Shown: piece by piece, positions 1-9,800 of the stretch
Layout: the number at the start of each line of letters is the position of its first letter
Position numbering within the stretch: position 1 is the stretch's first letter
DNA from: Candidatus Hydrogenedentota bacterium
GTDB taxonomy: Bacteria; Hydrogenedentota; Hydrogenedentia; Hydrogenedentales; SLHB01
Reading direction: 5' to 3'
Length of the DNA: 42,978 bases
Assembly: GCA_029974275.1 (NCBI GenBank)
Contig: JARKSN010000330.1
Coordinates: forward strand, 1-42,978
Made by a program: the position numbers and the translations under genes
The notes under the pieces: generated by a model
Database searches by the model: none
Seen by the model: only the letters and a program-made list of their open reading frames with translations
Told to the model about the DNA's origin: nothing

Positions 1-365
1 ATACAGCGCATTGACGGTTTCACGCAGACGGGGCGCGATGTCCGCAAACGAGAGCTGCGTGGTCATGAGTCGCACGCCGCAGTTGATGTCGTACCCCACG
101 CCGCCCGGCGAGATGACTCCGCCCGCGTCCGGGTCCGTCGCCGCGACGCCGCCGATGGGAAACCCATACCCCCAATGCGCATCCGGCATCGCCAGCGCAT
201 GCCCCACGATCCCCGGCAAACACGCGACATGCGCCGTTTGCTCCGCGGGCCTATCCGATTCGATAAGGCCAATCAGACGTTCATCGCGATGATCCGCGCA
301 GGCGCCCGCATAGGCGGCGCCTGCGCGATCTCATACGTCGTATCATCAATGCGCGTCAGCTTCAT
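1..365 (-). CDS. rtcB: RNA ligase RtcB, 5' part (runs off the window edge; apparent 1-bp deletion at ~286-287)
   Basis: Manual translation, not in the ORF track. ATG at 365 after an AGAGAGG SD gives [26 protein letters not shown]. After a frame change it reads [73 protein letters not shown], with the hallmark RtcB [15 protein letters not shown] and [10 protein letters not shown] motifs. Confidence 0.92.
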
Positions 366-456
366 GGGCCTCTCTATCGTGCGCTATGCCGTTTGCGCCA
401 CGACGGCGCGTCTTGCCCCCCCAAAAGCCCGTCGCCGCACAACAGGGAAAGCCCGC

Positions 457-1920
457 TCATGGATTGACGGAAACTTCGCTTAGGGAAATGCCCAGCGCGC
501 CGGCAACGCCCTTGCCATATGCAGAGTCCGCCTTGAGGCAATTGCCAATATGGCGCAGCTTGACTTCTCTCGGCGCGTCGTCCAAGGCCCGGGCGGTGTT
601 GTCAAACAGGACCTGCTGCTGCGCCGAAGTCATCAAACGGAACAAGAGGCCCGGCTGGGTGTAATAATCGTCGTCTTCACGATGGTTCCAGTGGTCGGCG
701 GCGCCTTCCAGGCTCAGCGGCGGTTCGGCAAAGTCCGGCTGCTGTTGCCATTCGCCATAACTATTAGGCTCGTAACCCAGCGTGCCGCCGTAGTTGCCGT
801 CGACGCGCATGGCGCCGTCACGATGATAGCTATGGAAGGGGCAACGCGCGCGGTTCACCGGAATCAAATGATGGTTTACGCCAAGGCGGTATCGCTGGGC
901 GTCGCCGTACGAGAACAGGCGGCCTTGCAGCATTTTATCGGGAGAAAAACCGATGCCGGGAACGATGTTGGCGGGATTGAAAGCCGATTGTTCCACTTCG
1001 GCGAAATAATTCTCGGGATTCCGGTTCAGTTCCAGAACGCCCACCTCGATGAGCGGATAATCCTTGTGAAACCAAACCTTGGTCAGATCGAAGGGGTTAT
1101 ACGGGCACGCAGCGGCGTCCTTTTCCGGCATTACCTGGATGTACAGGGTCCATCGCGGGAAATCGCCCTTTTCGATGCTCTCGTACAGATCGCGCTGGTG
1201 GCTTTCCCGGTCTTTGCCGATTAGCGCCTCAGCCTCCGCGTCCGTCAGGTTGCGGATGCCCTGTTGCGTGCGAAAATGAAATTTGACCCAGTGCCGTTCC
1301 ATGTTTCGGTTAATCAGGCTGAACGTGTGACTGCCGAACCCGTGCATGTGGCGATAAGTGGCCGGAATGCCGCGATCGCTCATGACAATGGTGATTTGAT
1401 GCAAAGCCTCCGGCAGCGACGTCCAAAAGTCCCAGTTGTTGCGCGCGCTGCGCAGGTTCGTGCGCGGATCGCGTTTGACGGCATGGTTCAAATCCGGAAA
1501 TTTAAGGGGATCGCGCAAAAAGAAAACGGGCGTATTGTTCCCGACCAAATCCCAGTTTCCTTCCTCGGTGTAAAATTTCATCGCAAAACCTCGGATATCG
1601 CGCTCGGCGTCCGCCGCTCCCCGCTCTCCAGCCACGGTCGAAAAACGCACGAAAAGGTCCGTCTTTTTGCCGATGGCGGAGAATATGGCAGCCTTTGTGT
1701 AGCGGGTGATGTCATGCGTGACCGTGAATGCGCCGTAGGCCCCGGATCCTTTGGCATGCATTCGCCGTTCGGGAATGACCTCGCGATCAAAATGCGCCAG
1801 TTTTTCGAGAAACCACGCATCCTGCAGCAACATGGGTCCCCGCGGCCCCGCTGTCAAGACGTTCTGGTTGTCGGCGACGGGAGCCCCTGCATTGTTGGTG
1901 AGTTTTTTTGAATCGCTCAT
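457..1920 (-). CDS. katA: Monofunctional heme catalase (small subunit)
   Basis: Active-site signature [17 protein letters not shown], plus [31 protein letters not shown] and the proximal ligand motif [16 protein letters not shown]. Start moved from 1995 to ATG 1920 (MSDSKKLT) behind an AAGGAG SD. Confidence 0.97.
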   Translation of the reverse strand: MSDSKKLTNNAGAPVADNQNVLTAGPRGPMLLQDAWFLEKLAHFDREVIPERRMHAKGSGAYGAFTVTHDITRYTKAAIFSAIGKKTDLFVRFSTVAGERGAADAERDIRGFAMKFYTEEGNWDLVGNNTPVFFLRDPLKFPDLNHAVKRDPRTNLRSARNNWDFWTSLPEALHQITIVMSDRGIPATYRHMHGFGSHTFSLINRNMERHWVKFHFRTQQGIRNLTDAEAEALIGKDRESHQRDLYESIEKGDFPRWTLYIQVMPEKDAAACPYNPFDLTKVWFHKDYPLIEVGVLELNRNPENYFAEVEQSAFNPANIVPGIGFSPDKMLQGRLFSYGDAQRYRLGVNHHLIPVNRARCPFHSYHRDGAMRVDGNYGGTLGYEPNSYGEWQQQPDFAEPPLSLEGAADHWNHREDDDYYTQPGLLFRLMTSAQQQVLFDNTARALDDAPREVKLRHIGNCLKADSAYGKGVAGALGISLSEVSVNP

Positions 1921-2020
1921 CGGTTCTCTCCTTTCGCGCCCGCGGCGCAGCATTTCGCTTTTCCGGATTCCCCGGATTTTCTGCACGATTTCCACCTATT
2001 TGCTGAAGTAGAAAACTATA

Positions 2021-2506
2021 TTACCGACCCCTCCGGGGAAATAGCCCTTCGCGACGTTTCGTCTGCCGCTGGCAAGCCGCGCATACCCCCCTCACCTCCA
2101 GGTGGACCGAAACCGGCGAGCCAAAAACCTTGACCTCATCCGGGACTTCAAGGTCGCCCATGACTTCGGACGATATATCGCGAATCATCCCGCATTTCAT
2201 GCACACGAAGTGATGATGGGAATGCCTGTTGCCATCAAAGCGAAGCTTCTCCTGGCTCAATCCGACAATCGACAACAGCCCTTTCTCCGCAAACAACTTG
2301 AGGTTCCGGTACACGGTATCGAGGGAGACGGTCGGGATGCGCTTCTTGACGCGGCGATGGACCGACGCGGCGTCAGGGTGCTCCTCGGCGGAAAGGACTA
2401 TGCGGAGTATCTCCATGCGCTGGTGGGTCATCTTGAATCCCTGCTGCTCGCAGGCCTCAACGACGTCGCGCATTCTTGGGCCGATTTCACCGCGAGGCGT
2501 TTTCAT
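2021..2506 (-). CDS. perR: Fur-family peroxide-responsive repressor (PerR-like)
   Basis: Motifs THQRMEIL, EEHPDA, SLDTVYRNL, RFDGN-HSHHHFVCMKCG and C-terminal CAAC; lies directly upstream of the catalase gene. Confidence 0.85.
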   Translation of the reverse strand: MKTPRGEIGPRMRDVVEACEQQGFKMTHQRMEILRIVLSAEEHPDAASVHRRVKKRIPTVSLDTVYRNLKLFAEKGLLSIVGLSQEKLRFDGNRHSHHHFVCMKCGMIRDISSEVMGDLEVPDEVKVFGSPVSVHLEVRGVCAACQRQTKRREGLFPRRGR

Positions 2507-2520
2507 AAGAAAAATTCCTA
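2506..2520 (-). promoter_or_regulatory. Candidate PerR operator overlapping the perR 5' UTR and start
   Basis: Minus strand TAGGAA-TTT-TTCTTA is an imperfect inverted repeat (5/6 symmetric) immediately downstream of the predicted -10 box. Confidence 0.55.
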
Positions 2521-2526
2521 CGTGCC

Positions 2527-2555
2527 ATTCTATCCTAACATTGAGCGGGCGTCAA
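2527..2555 (-). promoter_or_regulatory. Sigma70-type promoter of perR(-katA)
   Basis: TTGACG (2555-2550), 17-nt spacer, TAGAAT (2532-2527). Confidence 0.7.
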
Positions 2556-2661
2556 TCATCGAAAGGCCGCACGAGTCAAGGAAGGCCCATGCACAAAGCG
2601 GCGGCGAAAACACAGGCAATGCGTATGGAACGGCTTTAGGATTCACCACAAAGACACAATC

Positions 2662-2719
2662 GTAGAGCCCGGCCTCCGTGCCGGGCGGTTTGGGGCAGGC
2701 GACAAGACGCCCTCCATAC
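2662..2719. repeat. REP-like doublet (two inverted tetranucleotide-footed hairpins)
   Basis: GTAG-A-GCCCGGC-ctccgt-GCCGGGC (2662-2686), followed by an oppositely oriented imperfect hairpin, GTATGG-AGGGCG-tcttgt-CGCC. Confidence 0.5.
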
Positions 2720-2812
2720 CGTTCCGGATCAGAGCTGCCAGAATGTCCCATCCCTCCAACTGGCTTGCCGCATGAATATCGAACCTTGCGCCCAGCGCCT
2801 AATCCACAAGGA

Positions 2813-2946
2813 ATGGACCTCTTGGACACCCGCAACAGCTTGCTTTCCCTTCACTTCAACCAGCCCGATAACCCGCGCCTGGATCGTAAGAAACGCCATC
2901 TCCTCATGACATCAACGCCATCGGCGCCGCCACGATCTGCGACGCC
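2813..2946 (+). pseudogene. ISAs1-family (H-repeat) transposase N-terminal remnant
   Basis: MDLLDTRNSLLSLHFNQPDNPRLDRKKRHLLM, then after a 1-bp slip (D)INAIGAATICDA. This resembles the F..l.DPR..r.k.H.L.DI..IA.cAvicGA N-terminus of ISAs1 transposases. No DDE core follows. Confidence 0.6.
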
Positions 2947-3078
2947 GCGCGCATGGCCAAGCCAAAGGACAAACAGCCACCCCCCTCGTCAGGGACGGGG
3001 GGCGGCGTCCCTGTCTCCGATCCATACCCAGGCGCGTTCCACGCCTCTCCTCGCGACGCCGTGGAGTCCTGGCGACGG

Positions 3079-6000
3079 TTATTTCAGCACGGTGGCGCCC
3101 ATGACGCCGAAGACGACGTCGTTGGCGATGGCCTCGAAGCGGAAAGACGCGAGTTCCACATCCGGTTGCAGATCGAAGCGCACCAGATGGGCTTCGGTGT
3201 CGACCTCGACAGGCTGCGTCATGTCGTCCACTTCCGCCGAACCCGCCGGCCCCTTGCGTCCGCCGATGTTCTCGAAGCCGTTGGCGGCGGTGTCGTGGAA
3301 GCGCCCGCACCATGTCGACCAGCAGTCGCCGATGCCGAAGGGATTGACCAGATCGAAGGACTCGGCCTCCCCGTCGGCATAGTTCAAGGTCGCGCGCACA
3401 TTGACGACGTGACTCTGCATTGCAAACGTCATGCCGCTGATCATCAGAAACAGCGCCGCGCCCTGCGCGTTCACCGGAAAGTCGAGCGCCTTGGGAAAGC
3501 CCGCCCCTTCCAACGTAACTACCGCAATGTTGTCGCCGTCCCTCACGCTTTTAAAGGGAATGCCGTCGGTCGTCCACGCCACGCCGTCATCGCCAATCTT
3601 GGCGCGCCATGCCGCATCGCTGGGGCCTTGCTGCTGCTGCCCATGCAACAACTGTCCGACGTGATCGACGCGCCAGTAGCGGTGCGCGACGCCGCTCTCG
3701 GGCGGGACAGGCGGCTCGGCGCGATCGACGATGTGCTGGGGCACGTCGGGCACGGAGGCGTTGTAGCGCGCGGACACGTCGATGAGCGCCCAAGGCGTCA
3801 AGGCGCGGTCGCTGGACGCAGCGCATGCGGGCGCTTGCCAGACGCGGCCGGGGCGGGGTTGAGTTCGTGGCGCTGGCCAGGCGACCGGTTCAATATGGAC
3901 GGGCGCATACTCAATTTCAAAAGAGCCGCTACGCCCCCGCGTCGACTCGGCGCATACCCAGTTGAGTCCGTCATAGCCAGGGTCCATGCGGTGCGGAACG
4001 ACCGCGCCATTCGCGCGCACCGACGCCGCGTCCTCCGCCGGGATCGGCATGCGCAAGCGCACTACGGCGTCGTCAGGCGCCTCCCAGTCGATCTGCACAC
4101 AGCGCCGTCCTTCGCTCTGCGTGGCGCGGCGCCATGTGTATGCGAAATGCGGCCCCTTGATGGACGCCTCGGGCCAACCGCGGGGAAACTGGGGACTCAA
4201 GTGAACGATTCCGTCCTGTTTGCGCGGAACGATGCCGAACAGGCCCTCGCACACCACGCGCCCCCACAGACTCGATGAATCGGCAAACTCCGGGCTGTGC
4301 CGCTGACGTCCGTCGGGGTGGCACCCTCCCGGCAGGCCGCCCGGAACGGGGCCGTCGTACATGCCGCACATCGGGCCTCGCAGTAGCGCATACGCTTCGT
4401 CGGGGCGCGCCGCCGCCCAATACGCGATCGCGAGGTTGAAGTTTTCCTCGGGGGCTACTTCACGGATGCACCAGCTGAACGAGGGGCCATGGCCCGGATG
4501 CCAAGTCGAGCTCCACACAAGCTGGCCACCGCCCGGCGTTTGCTCCTCGCACCAAAGGTTGGCGTCCACCCAACGAAGCATGCGCGACACCTGCTTGGCG
4601 TCGGCGGCGCCAAACTCGATGGCATGATAGATGGTCGGCGCCTCGGGTTCCGGGTGAAGCATCCGATGGCCAAGCGTATCGAGGCATTCCGCGAAGACTC
4701 CAGCGTCCTCCTGCCAGAGCCGTTCCTGCATCGCGGCGCGGATGCGCGCGGCCTGCGCCGTCCAAGGCGCGGGGTCATAGCCGAGGCGCAACGCGAGATC
4801 AGCCATGAACTCGTGGGCGCGCAGCATGTACGCGCTCGCTTGCGTGCATTCGGCTCGCCTGTGCCAATGACAGTCGCTCATCCAGATATTCAAACTGCTC
4901 TCGTAGAGGCTTCCGTCGCCCGGCGCAAGACGGCGGTTCTCCCACTCGATAATCCCTTCAAGCACGGGAAACAGATCGCGCATCAGGTTCAGATCATTCG
5001 TGTAGTCGAAGTAGTGGCGGACTTTGTCGAGAAACACCTCGTTCATGTTGTACCAAACCCATGGCTTGTCGTCCTCGAGCTGATGGCCCAAGGCTCCCGC
5101 GTCGTCGCCTTCCGTGATGCGGCTCAGGGCCGCGTGATTCCGGATGGCCTTTCGTATGCGATCCTGCCAACCGTAGCAGGTCGGCCCGTACCACGTCCGC
5201 CACCCGAGGAAAGACTGGCGCCATGTCCAACCGCCATGCACGATGGAGGCGTCGCCCCACGTGCCTTCCGTTGAGAACGCAACCATCGGCGCTGCGGCGT
5301 CCAGCCACGGATCAGGCGTCTTCAAGACAATGCGATTTGCAATAGACTGGCTGCGCGCCACGGCAGCATCCCACGCCGCATCGAGGTCATCAAGCACGGC
5401 CTCTATGGTGAAACCCGCGCCGACCGCAATATAACCAACGCCATCTTCCAGCAATACGCGCTGCACGGCGACACAGTTGCGGCGTTCGCCCGAACCGTCC
5501 GTCCACGCCGTTGATGCGGCGGTATCCGCCGGCGAAACGGAGAAGGCGCCCGGAGCGCCCAGGCCGCACCGCGCCTTCCAACTCGAGCCGCCGCACATCT
5601 CAAGCGTCCACTCCGGCAAAATCCGGCCCGCCGCATACAACGTTGAAGCAGGCTGATTTAGGTACGAATCCGAGGCGTCGAAAGCCCGGTGCAACGTAAA
5701 CCGCCCGCCTTTCGTCCGGATGACGTCTTTCGCGCAATGTTCTGGGGAATAGGCGAATTCAGGGGCGTCCAAGTCATAGTTGGTGCAGAAAGAATTCGCG
5801 CCGCCATACCCCCAGATTAGTTCTGCGCCAGGCGCGGCGCCGTCGACCACAATGCGCAAGACTGCCCCTATTGCATCGGCCAACGCCAACGCCTTTAGTT
5901 CGACCGACACGCCGGGAAACGCCGGGTCAATCGCCTCGTAGATCATGCATCCGTCGACATAGGAAGTCGTAAGCCCCGAGAAGTCGTGGAGCCATTTTCC

Positions 6001-6312
6001 CTGGTCGCCGCTGACGAGACCGACATACAAATGACCCGCCAAGCCCCCGGCGGCGTGCATGTCGAAAAGAAAACGGGGTTCGCCATGCACCAGCACAATC
6101 GGACGAAACGATCCCCGTACAAGAAGCCTCAACTGGTCCTCGCGCCAAAGTAGCGCCCGATCGGCAGGAGGAAACAGCGGTCGTCGATGCAGTCGAGGAT
6201 TTCCGACAGCCTCGCGCGCCTCGCCTGCGCCCGGCCTTTTCTGATCGTCCGCCGCGATGCGGATACGCCAACCGCCTTTCACAGGCACATAACAGTTTGC
6301 AGGGTCGCTCAT
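3079..6312 (-). CDS. Large DUF4450-like protein, putative (alpha/alpha)6-barrel glycoside hydrolase
   Basis: 1077 aa with an AAGGAG SD. Motifs RPLFP, YVDGCMIY, LKTPDPWLDAA, LGWRTWYG, YNMNEVFLD, YFDYTNDL, LWQEDAGVFAE and EGLFGIVP resemble six-hairpin glycosidases and DUF4450 proteins. No obvious signal peptide. Confidence 0.65.
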   Translation of the reverse strand: MSDPANCYVPVKGGWRIRIAADDQKRPGAGEAREAVGNPRLHRRPLFPPADRALLWREDQLRLLVRGSFRPIVLVHGEPRFLFDMHAAGGLAGHLYVGLVSGDQGKWLHDFSGLTTSYVDGCMIYEAIDPAFPGVSVELKALALADAIGAVLRIVVDGAAPGAELIWGYGGANSFCTNYDLDAPEFAYSPEHCAKDVIRTKGGRFTLHRAFDASDSYLNQPASTLYAAGRILPEWTLEMCGGSSWKARCGLGAPGAFSVSPADTAASTAWTDGSGERRNCVAVQRVLLEDGVGYIAVGAGFTIEAVLDDLDAAWDAAVARSQSIANRIVLKTPDPWLDAAAPMVAFSTEGTWGDASIVHGGWTWRQSFLGWRTWYGPTCYGWQDRIRKAIRNHAALSRITEGDDAGALGHQLEDDKPWVWYNMNEVFLDKVRHYFDYTNDLNLMRDLFPVLEGIIEWENRRLAPGDGSLYESSLNIWMSDCHWHRRAECTQASAYMLRAHEFMADLALRLGYDPAPWTAQAARIRAAMQERLWQEDAGVFAECLDTLGHRMLHPEPEAPTIYHAIEFGAADAKQVSRMLRWVDANLWCEEQTPGGGQLVWSSTWHPGHGPSFSWCIREVAPEENFNLAIAYWAAARPDEAYALLRGPMCGMYDGPVPGGLPGGCHPDGRQRHSPEFADSSSLWGRVVCEGLFGIVPRKQDGIVHLSPQFPRGWPEASIKGPHFAYTWRRATQSEGRRCVQIDWEAPDDAVVRLRMPIPAEDAASVRANGAVVPHRMDPGYDGLNWVCAESTRGRSGSFEIEYAPVHIEPVAWPAPRTQPRPGRVWQAPACAASSDRALTPWALIDVSARYNASVPDVPQHIVDRAEPPVPPESGVAHRYWRVDHVGQLLHGQQQQGPSDAAWRAKIGDDGVAWTTDGIPFKSVRDGDNIAVVTLEGAGFPKALDFPVNAQGAALFLMISGMTFAMQSHVVNVRATLNYADGEAESFDLVNPFGIGDCWSTWCGRFHDTAANGFENIGGRKGPAGSAEVDDMTQPVEVDTEAHLVRFDLQPDVELASFRFEAIANDVVFGVMGATVLK

Positions 6313-6678
6313 TGCTCTGAAGCTCCTTTGCGTAACGCGCCGCTTCCCGCCGAAGCGGACAGCAGTCCAGTTTTGTGCATCTCCGCATGCCGCCGATTCG
6401 ATTTCGACGGATCATTGCCCAGGAAATTGTTTACGCCTTTGATATCGCGTTTGGAACTCGTGGCGGTGTTCATGCACGCCCCAAACAAGCGATCCCGCAT
6501 CCTGTTCTGCAATCATGCCAAAATCGTCTTGATCCGATCATTATGGATATCTCCGCTAGAAATTGGCCGCCATTTGCTTCGGATCAGCCCCCTTGCCATT
6601 AAGGCATTTCTATGCCAATACTTCATATGCATTTGCCATGTGCTGCGATGAACGCAAAACCATTCTGCGGATGCGCAT

Positions 6679-6707
6679 TGGACAGGGGCGCGAAAGGCAG
6701 GTATCCT
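6679..6707 (+). promoter_or_regulatory. Sigma70-type promoter candidate for the S45 homolog
   Basis: TGGACA, 17-nt spacer, TATCCT. Confidence 0.45.
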
Positions 6708-6848
6708 AGCTCGGCAGGATCATATTCGGTTGACGCGGCAAGATCAGGCATCGCCGCGAAAGCATCGGAGCGACTAAGACGCATGGTCCCCAAGACGGGC
6801 TTGTTTCAGGCGCTGCAGCGGCAAGCGATTGCCAAGAATTCGCCAAGC

Positions 6849-9800
6849 ATGCAGCCATCCGGCATATCGATCCTCATAGCGGCGACGATCGCCTTGGGAA
6901 CGTCCATGGCGCACGGCCAGCAGCCGTTCCAGGACGATCCCCGCGCGCTATGGCGACAGGCCGTCATCTACCGCGACGCATGGGGAACGCCTCATATCTA
7001 TGCCGACTCGCCGCGCGCGCAAGCGTTCGCGTTCGGCTACGCCCAGGCCGAGGACCATCTTGAATCCATGCTGCGCGCCTACCGCGTCGCGACGGGGCGG
7101 GCTGCGGAAGTCTGGGGGGAGACCTTCGCGAAATCGGATGCCTTCATGACCCAAATGGGATACGCGTTGCTTGCCCAGACGGCTCTTGCGCAAGCGGATG
7201 CGCTCACCCGCGACCTGTGCGAAGGCTTTGCCCTCGGCGTAAACGCCTTTATCGTCGATCATCCCGAGATGACGCCGCCGTGGGCCGAGGGCGTGCGCCC
7301 CGCCGATGTCTTGGCGCTGTTGCACTGTTACCTGATGAGCTTCGCCCCCTTTGATCTGCCAAACGCCTACCGTTTCCCGCCCGCCGCCACAACCGGAAAC
7401 GCCTGGGCCATCGCCCCGCCGAAATCCCGATCGGGCAAGGCGATGCTCATCATCAATCCACACGCCAACTACGACGGCCCCTTCCAATGGTGTGAGGCGC
7501 ATCTCGTCACGCAGGATGTCGCCATCGCCGGAGCCACGCTGTTCGGATTGCCCGTCATCCTAATGGGCCATAACGCGGTCCTGGGGTGGGCGCTGACGCC
7601 GAACCAGGCGGATTTCGCGGACGTCTATCTCGAGGCCATGCCACAGTTTTCGGGCCCGCCCAAGGCGATCGCCTCGCCCGGATTGGCGGAGCAAATAAAC
7701 CTTTTCCTCCGCGCCCAACTTCAGCCGAGACCCTACTATGTCCGCACGCAGGACGGCATGCAGCAAAGGTCCGTGGACTGCGCCGACACGCTCCGGGGAC
7801 CGGTCATCGGCGAATTTCGCGGCATGCTCTCCACCTACCACATCGGAGGCTACCGGGAACTCGGGGCGCTGTATCAACTATTCCACATGGCGCGCGCCCG
7901 CAATCTTGATGAATTCCGCGCGGCGCTCGCATTGCAACAGTTGCCGTGTTTTCATGTGGTCTATGCGGACCGCGACGGCAACATCTTTTACCTCTACAAC
8001 GCCAAGACGGGGACAAAGCTGTACGCTGCGCCGCCGCCGCCAAATCAAAACACCCTGGGCGCTGCGCCTCAACTCGTTACAGATTGGGACGCTCCCGTCC
8101 CCTCGGACGATTCCCGTCTCGATTGGGGCCCCATCGTTCCGGTCAATCAACTCCCGCAACGGGTCAATCCGCCATCGGGATATCTACAAGCCTGCGGCAA
8201 TCCGCCGTGGGCCGCGACGGAGAATTCCGGCATCGCGCGCGAGTCGTTGCCCCCGTGGCTTGCGCACGATCGCGACACCTACCGCGCGCAGCGAGTGCGG
8301 CGTCTGCTCGGGAGCGCTGCATGCGGATTCGACGACATGCAAACGATGCTGTTCGACACCCTCGACGGCTTTGCGATGACCGCCGTGCCTTTTCTGTTGG
8401 GCGCGGCCAACAACCATCCGGCCTTGCTGGAATCGGCGCATCCCGATACGCCGGGCGCGCTCGACGTGCTCAAAAACTGGGACTGCGTCGCCGACACCTC
8501 AAGCGCGGGCATGACATTCTTCCACGTTTGGTGGGCGTCCTTGCGCAAAACGGCGTTTGCCTATCCTCGCGAAACGGCCCTTATCGAAGCGGTCGAGAAA
8601 AACGCCCCCAACCTCCAGCCAATCGCCATCAAAGCGGCATCCGAGGCGGCGCGCGTCATGCGCAACGAATTCGATTCCATGGCCGTTCCATGGGGGAAGG
8701 CGCACCGAATCCGGCGAGGCGACCGCATCGAACCCATCGCCGGCGCCAATACGGGCGAGCCGCTTTTCGTCGCCTCGGATCACGTATTCGAGGACAAGGC
8801 CTGGCGCGTCACCTATGGATATGGATTTGCAATGGCCGTCGAATTCGCCGATCGTCCCCGCGCCGTCAGCGTCGTGCCGTTCGGCGCATCGGAACGCAAC
8901 GAATCGCCGCACTACGATGATCAACTCACGCTGTTCCTCCAACGCCGCCTAAAACCGGCCTATTTCGACGACGACGACGTTCAACGACACGCCGAACGGG
9001 CCTACGGAACGGCCTTTTCGCTGCGTCCCGCCGCTACGGAAGGCCGTTTCCACTACCGATCCACGACCGGATCGCCCATCGAAGCGCGGCTGACCACGTT
9101 GCTCGATCCGCCCGCTTCGCTCCAGCAGGACCAGGCGCCATTCACGCTGTTTGTCTCGGCAGTCCGCTCGCCACAGGACGCGCCGGTTGCGCTCGATATC
9201 GAGATGCGCGTCGCTTCGACCGTCTGCGCGGATGAAAACCTGGACCGCCTGACCCTGTACGCATATGCCCCGAAAGAAGGATGGCAGCCCGTCGCCGGAC
9301 AACGCCTCGATGCAGCACGACGCACCTTCCTTGCACACGACACGATCCCGCGCACCTATGCCGTGCTCGGCCCTGCAAATTGCCGCGTTGCGAAAACCCC
9401 GTCCGAACCGGTCCAGGACATTATCTCCCCGCAGCGTCAAGCGCTTTCCCCGGCAACGCCGCATTCGCCTCCGACAATGCCCATGACAATCGCCGAACCG
9501 GCATCGAGCCTTGATACCGAAACCGCGGCTCACCCTGAATCCAGCGTCGGCGTGATTCTCCGGCCCGATCCCAACGCAAACGTGTTTGAAGCGCCCGGCT
9601 TTCGCATCGAACTGCTGACGCCCCGGACCGCTCCGAGCCCCCGCGCAACCATTCATCCGTCCGAAACCGTCGCGCCGCAGAACACAACGACTGACGCCGT
9701 GGAGAGCGCCCCGCCTCCTACAAGCGCCCGCCAAGAACCGGCGCCATCCCCCGTCCTGCCGCCAACGCGCGAAAAAGAGCCCGCGCCCCGTGCGGAACCG

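Noticed and set aside
273..275. TGA in rtcB as a possible selenocysteine or readthrough codon
   Set aside because: Homology continues in a different frame, so this is an indel rather than recoding.
1921..1995. N-terminal extensions in the ORF track (katA to 1995, S45 to 6612, phoH to 24636, MBL to 28878, hydrolase to 28357, methyltransferase to 36128, cysK to 39597)
   Set aside because: Family homology, signal peptides and SD sequences point to downstream starts; the extensions overlap other genes or promoters.
2678..3382. 234-aa + strand ORF as an intact transposase
   Set aside because: Only ~45 codons resemble the ISAs1 N-terminus; the rest is low-complexity or antisense to the DUF4450-like gene, with no DDE core or clear terminal repeats.
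6560..6620. Sigma54-like TGGC...TGC motifs in the divergent intergenic region
   Set aside because: The GG-to-GC spacing is 9 nt rather than the required 10.
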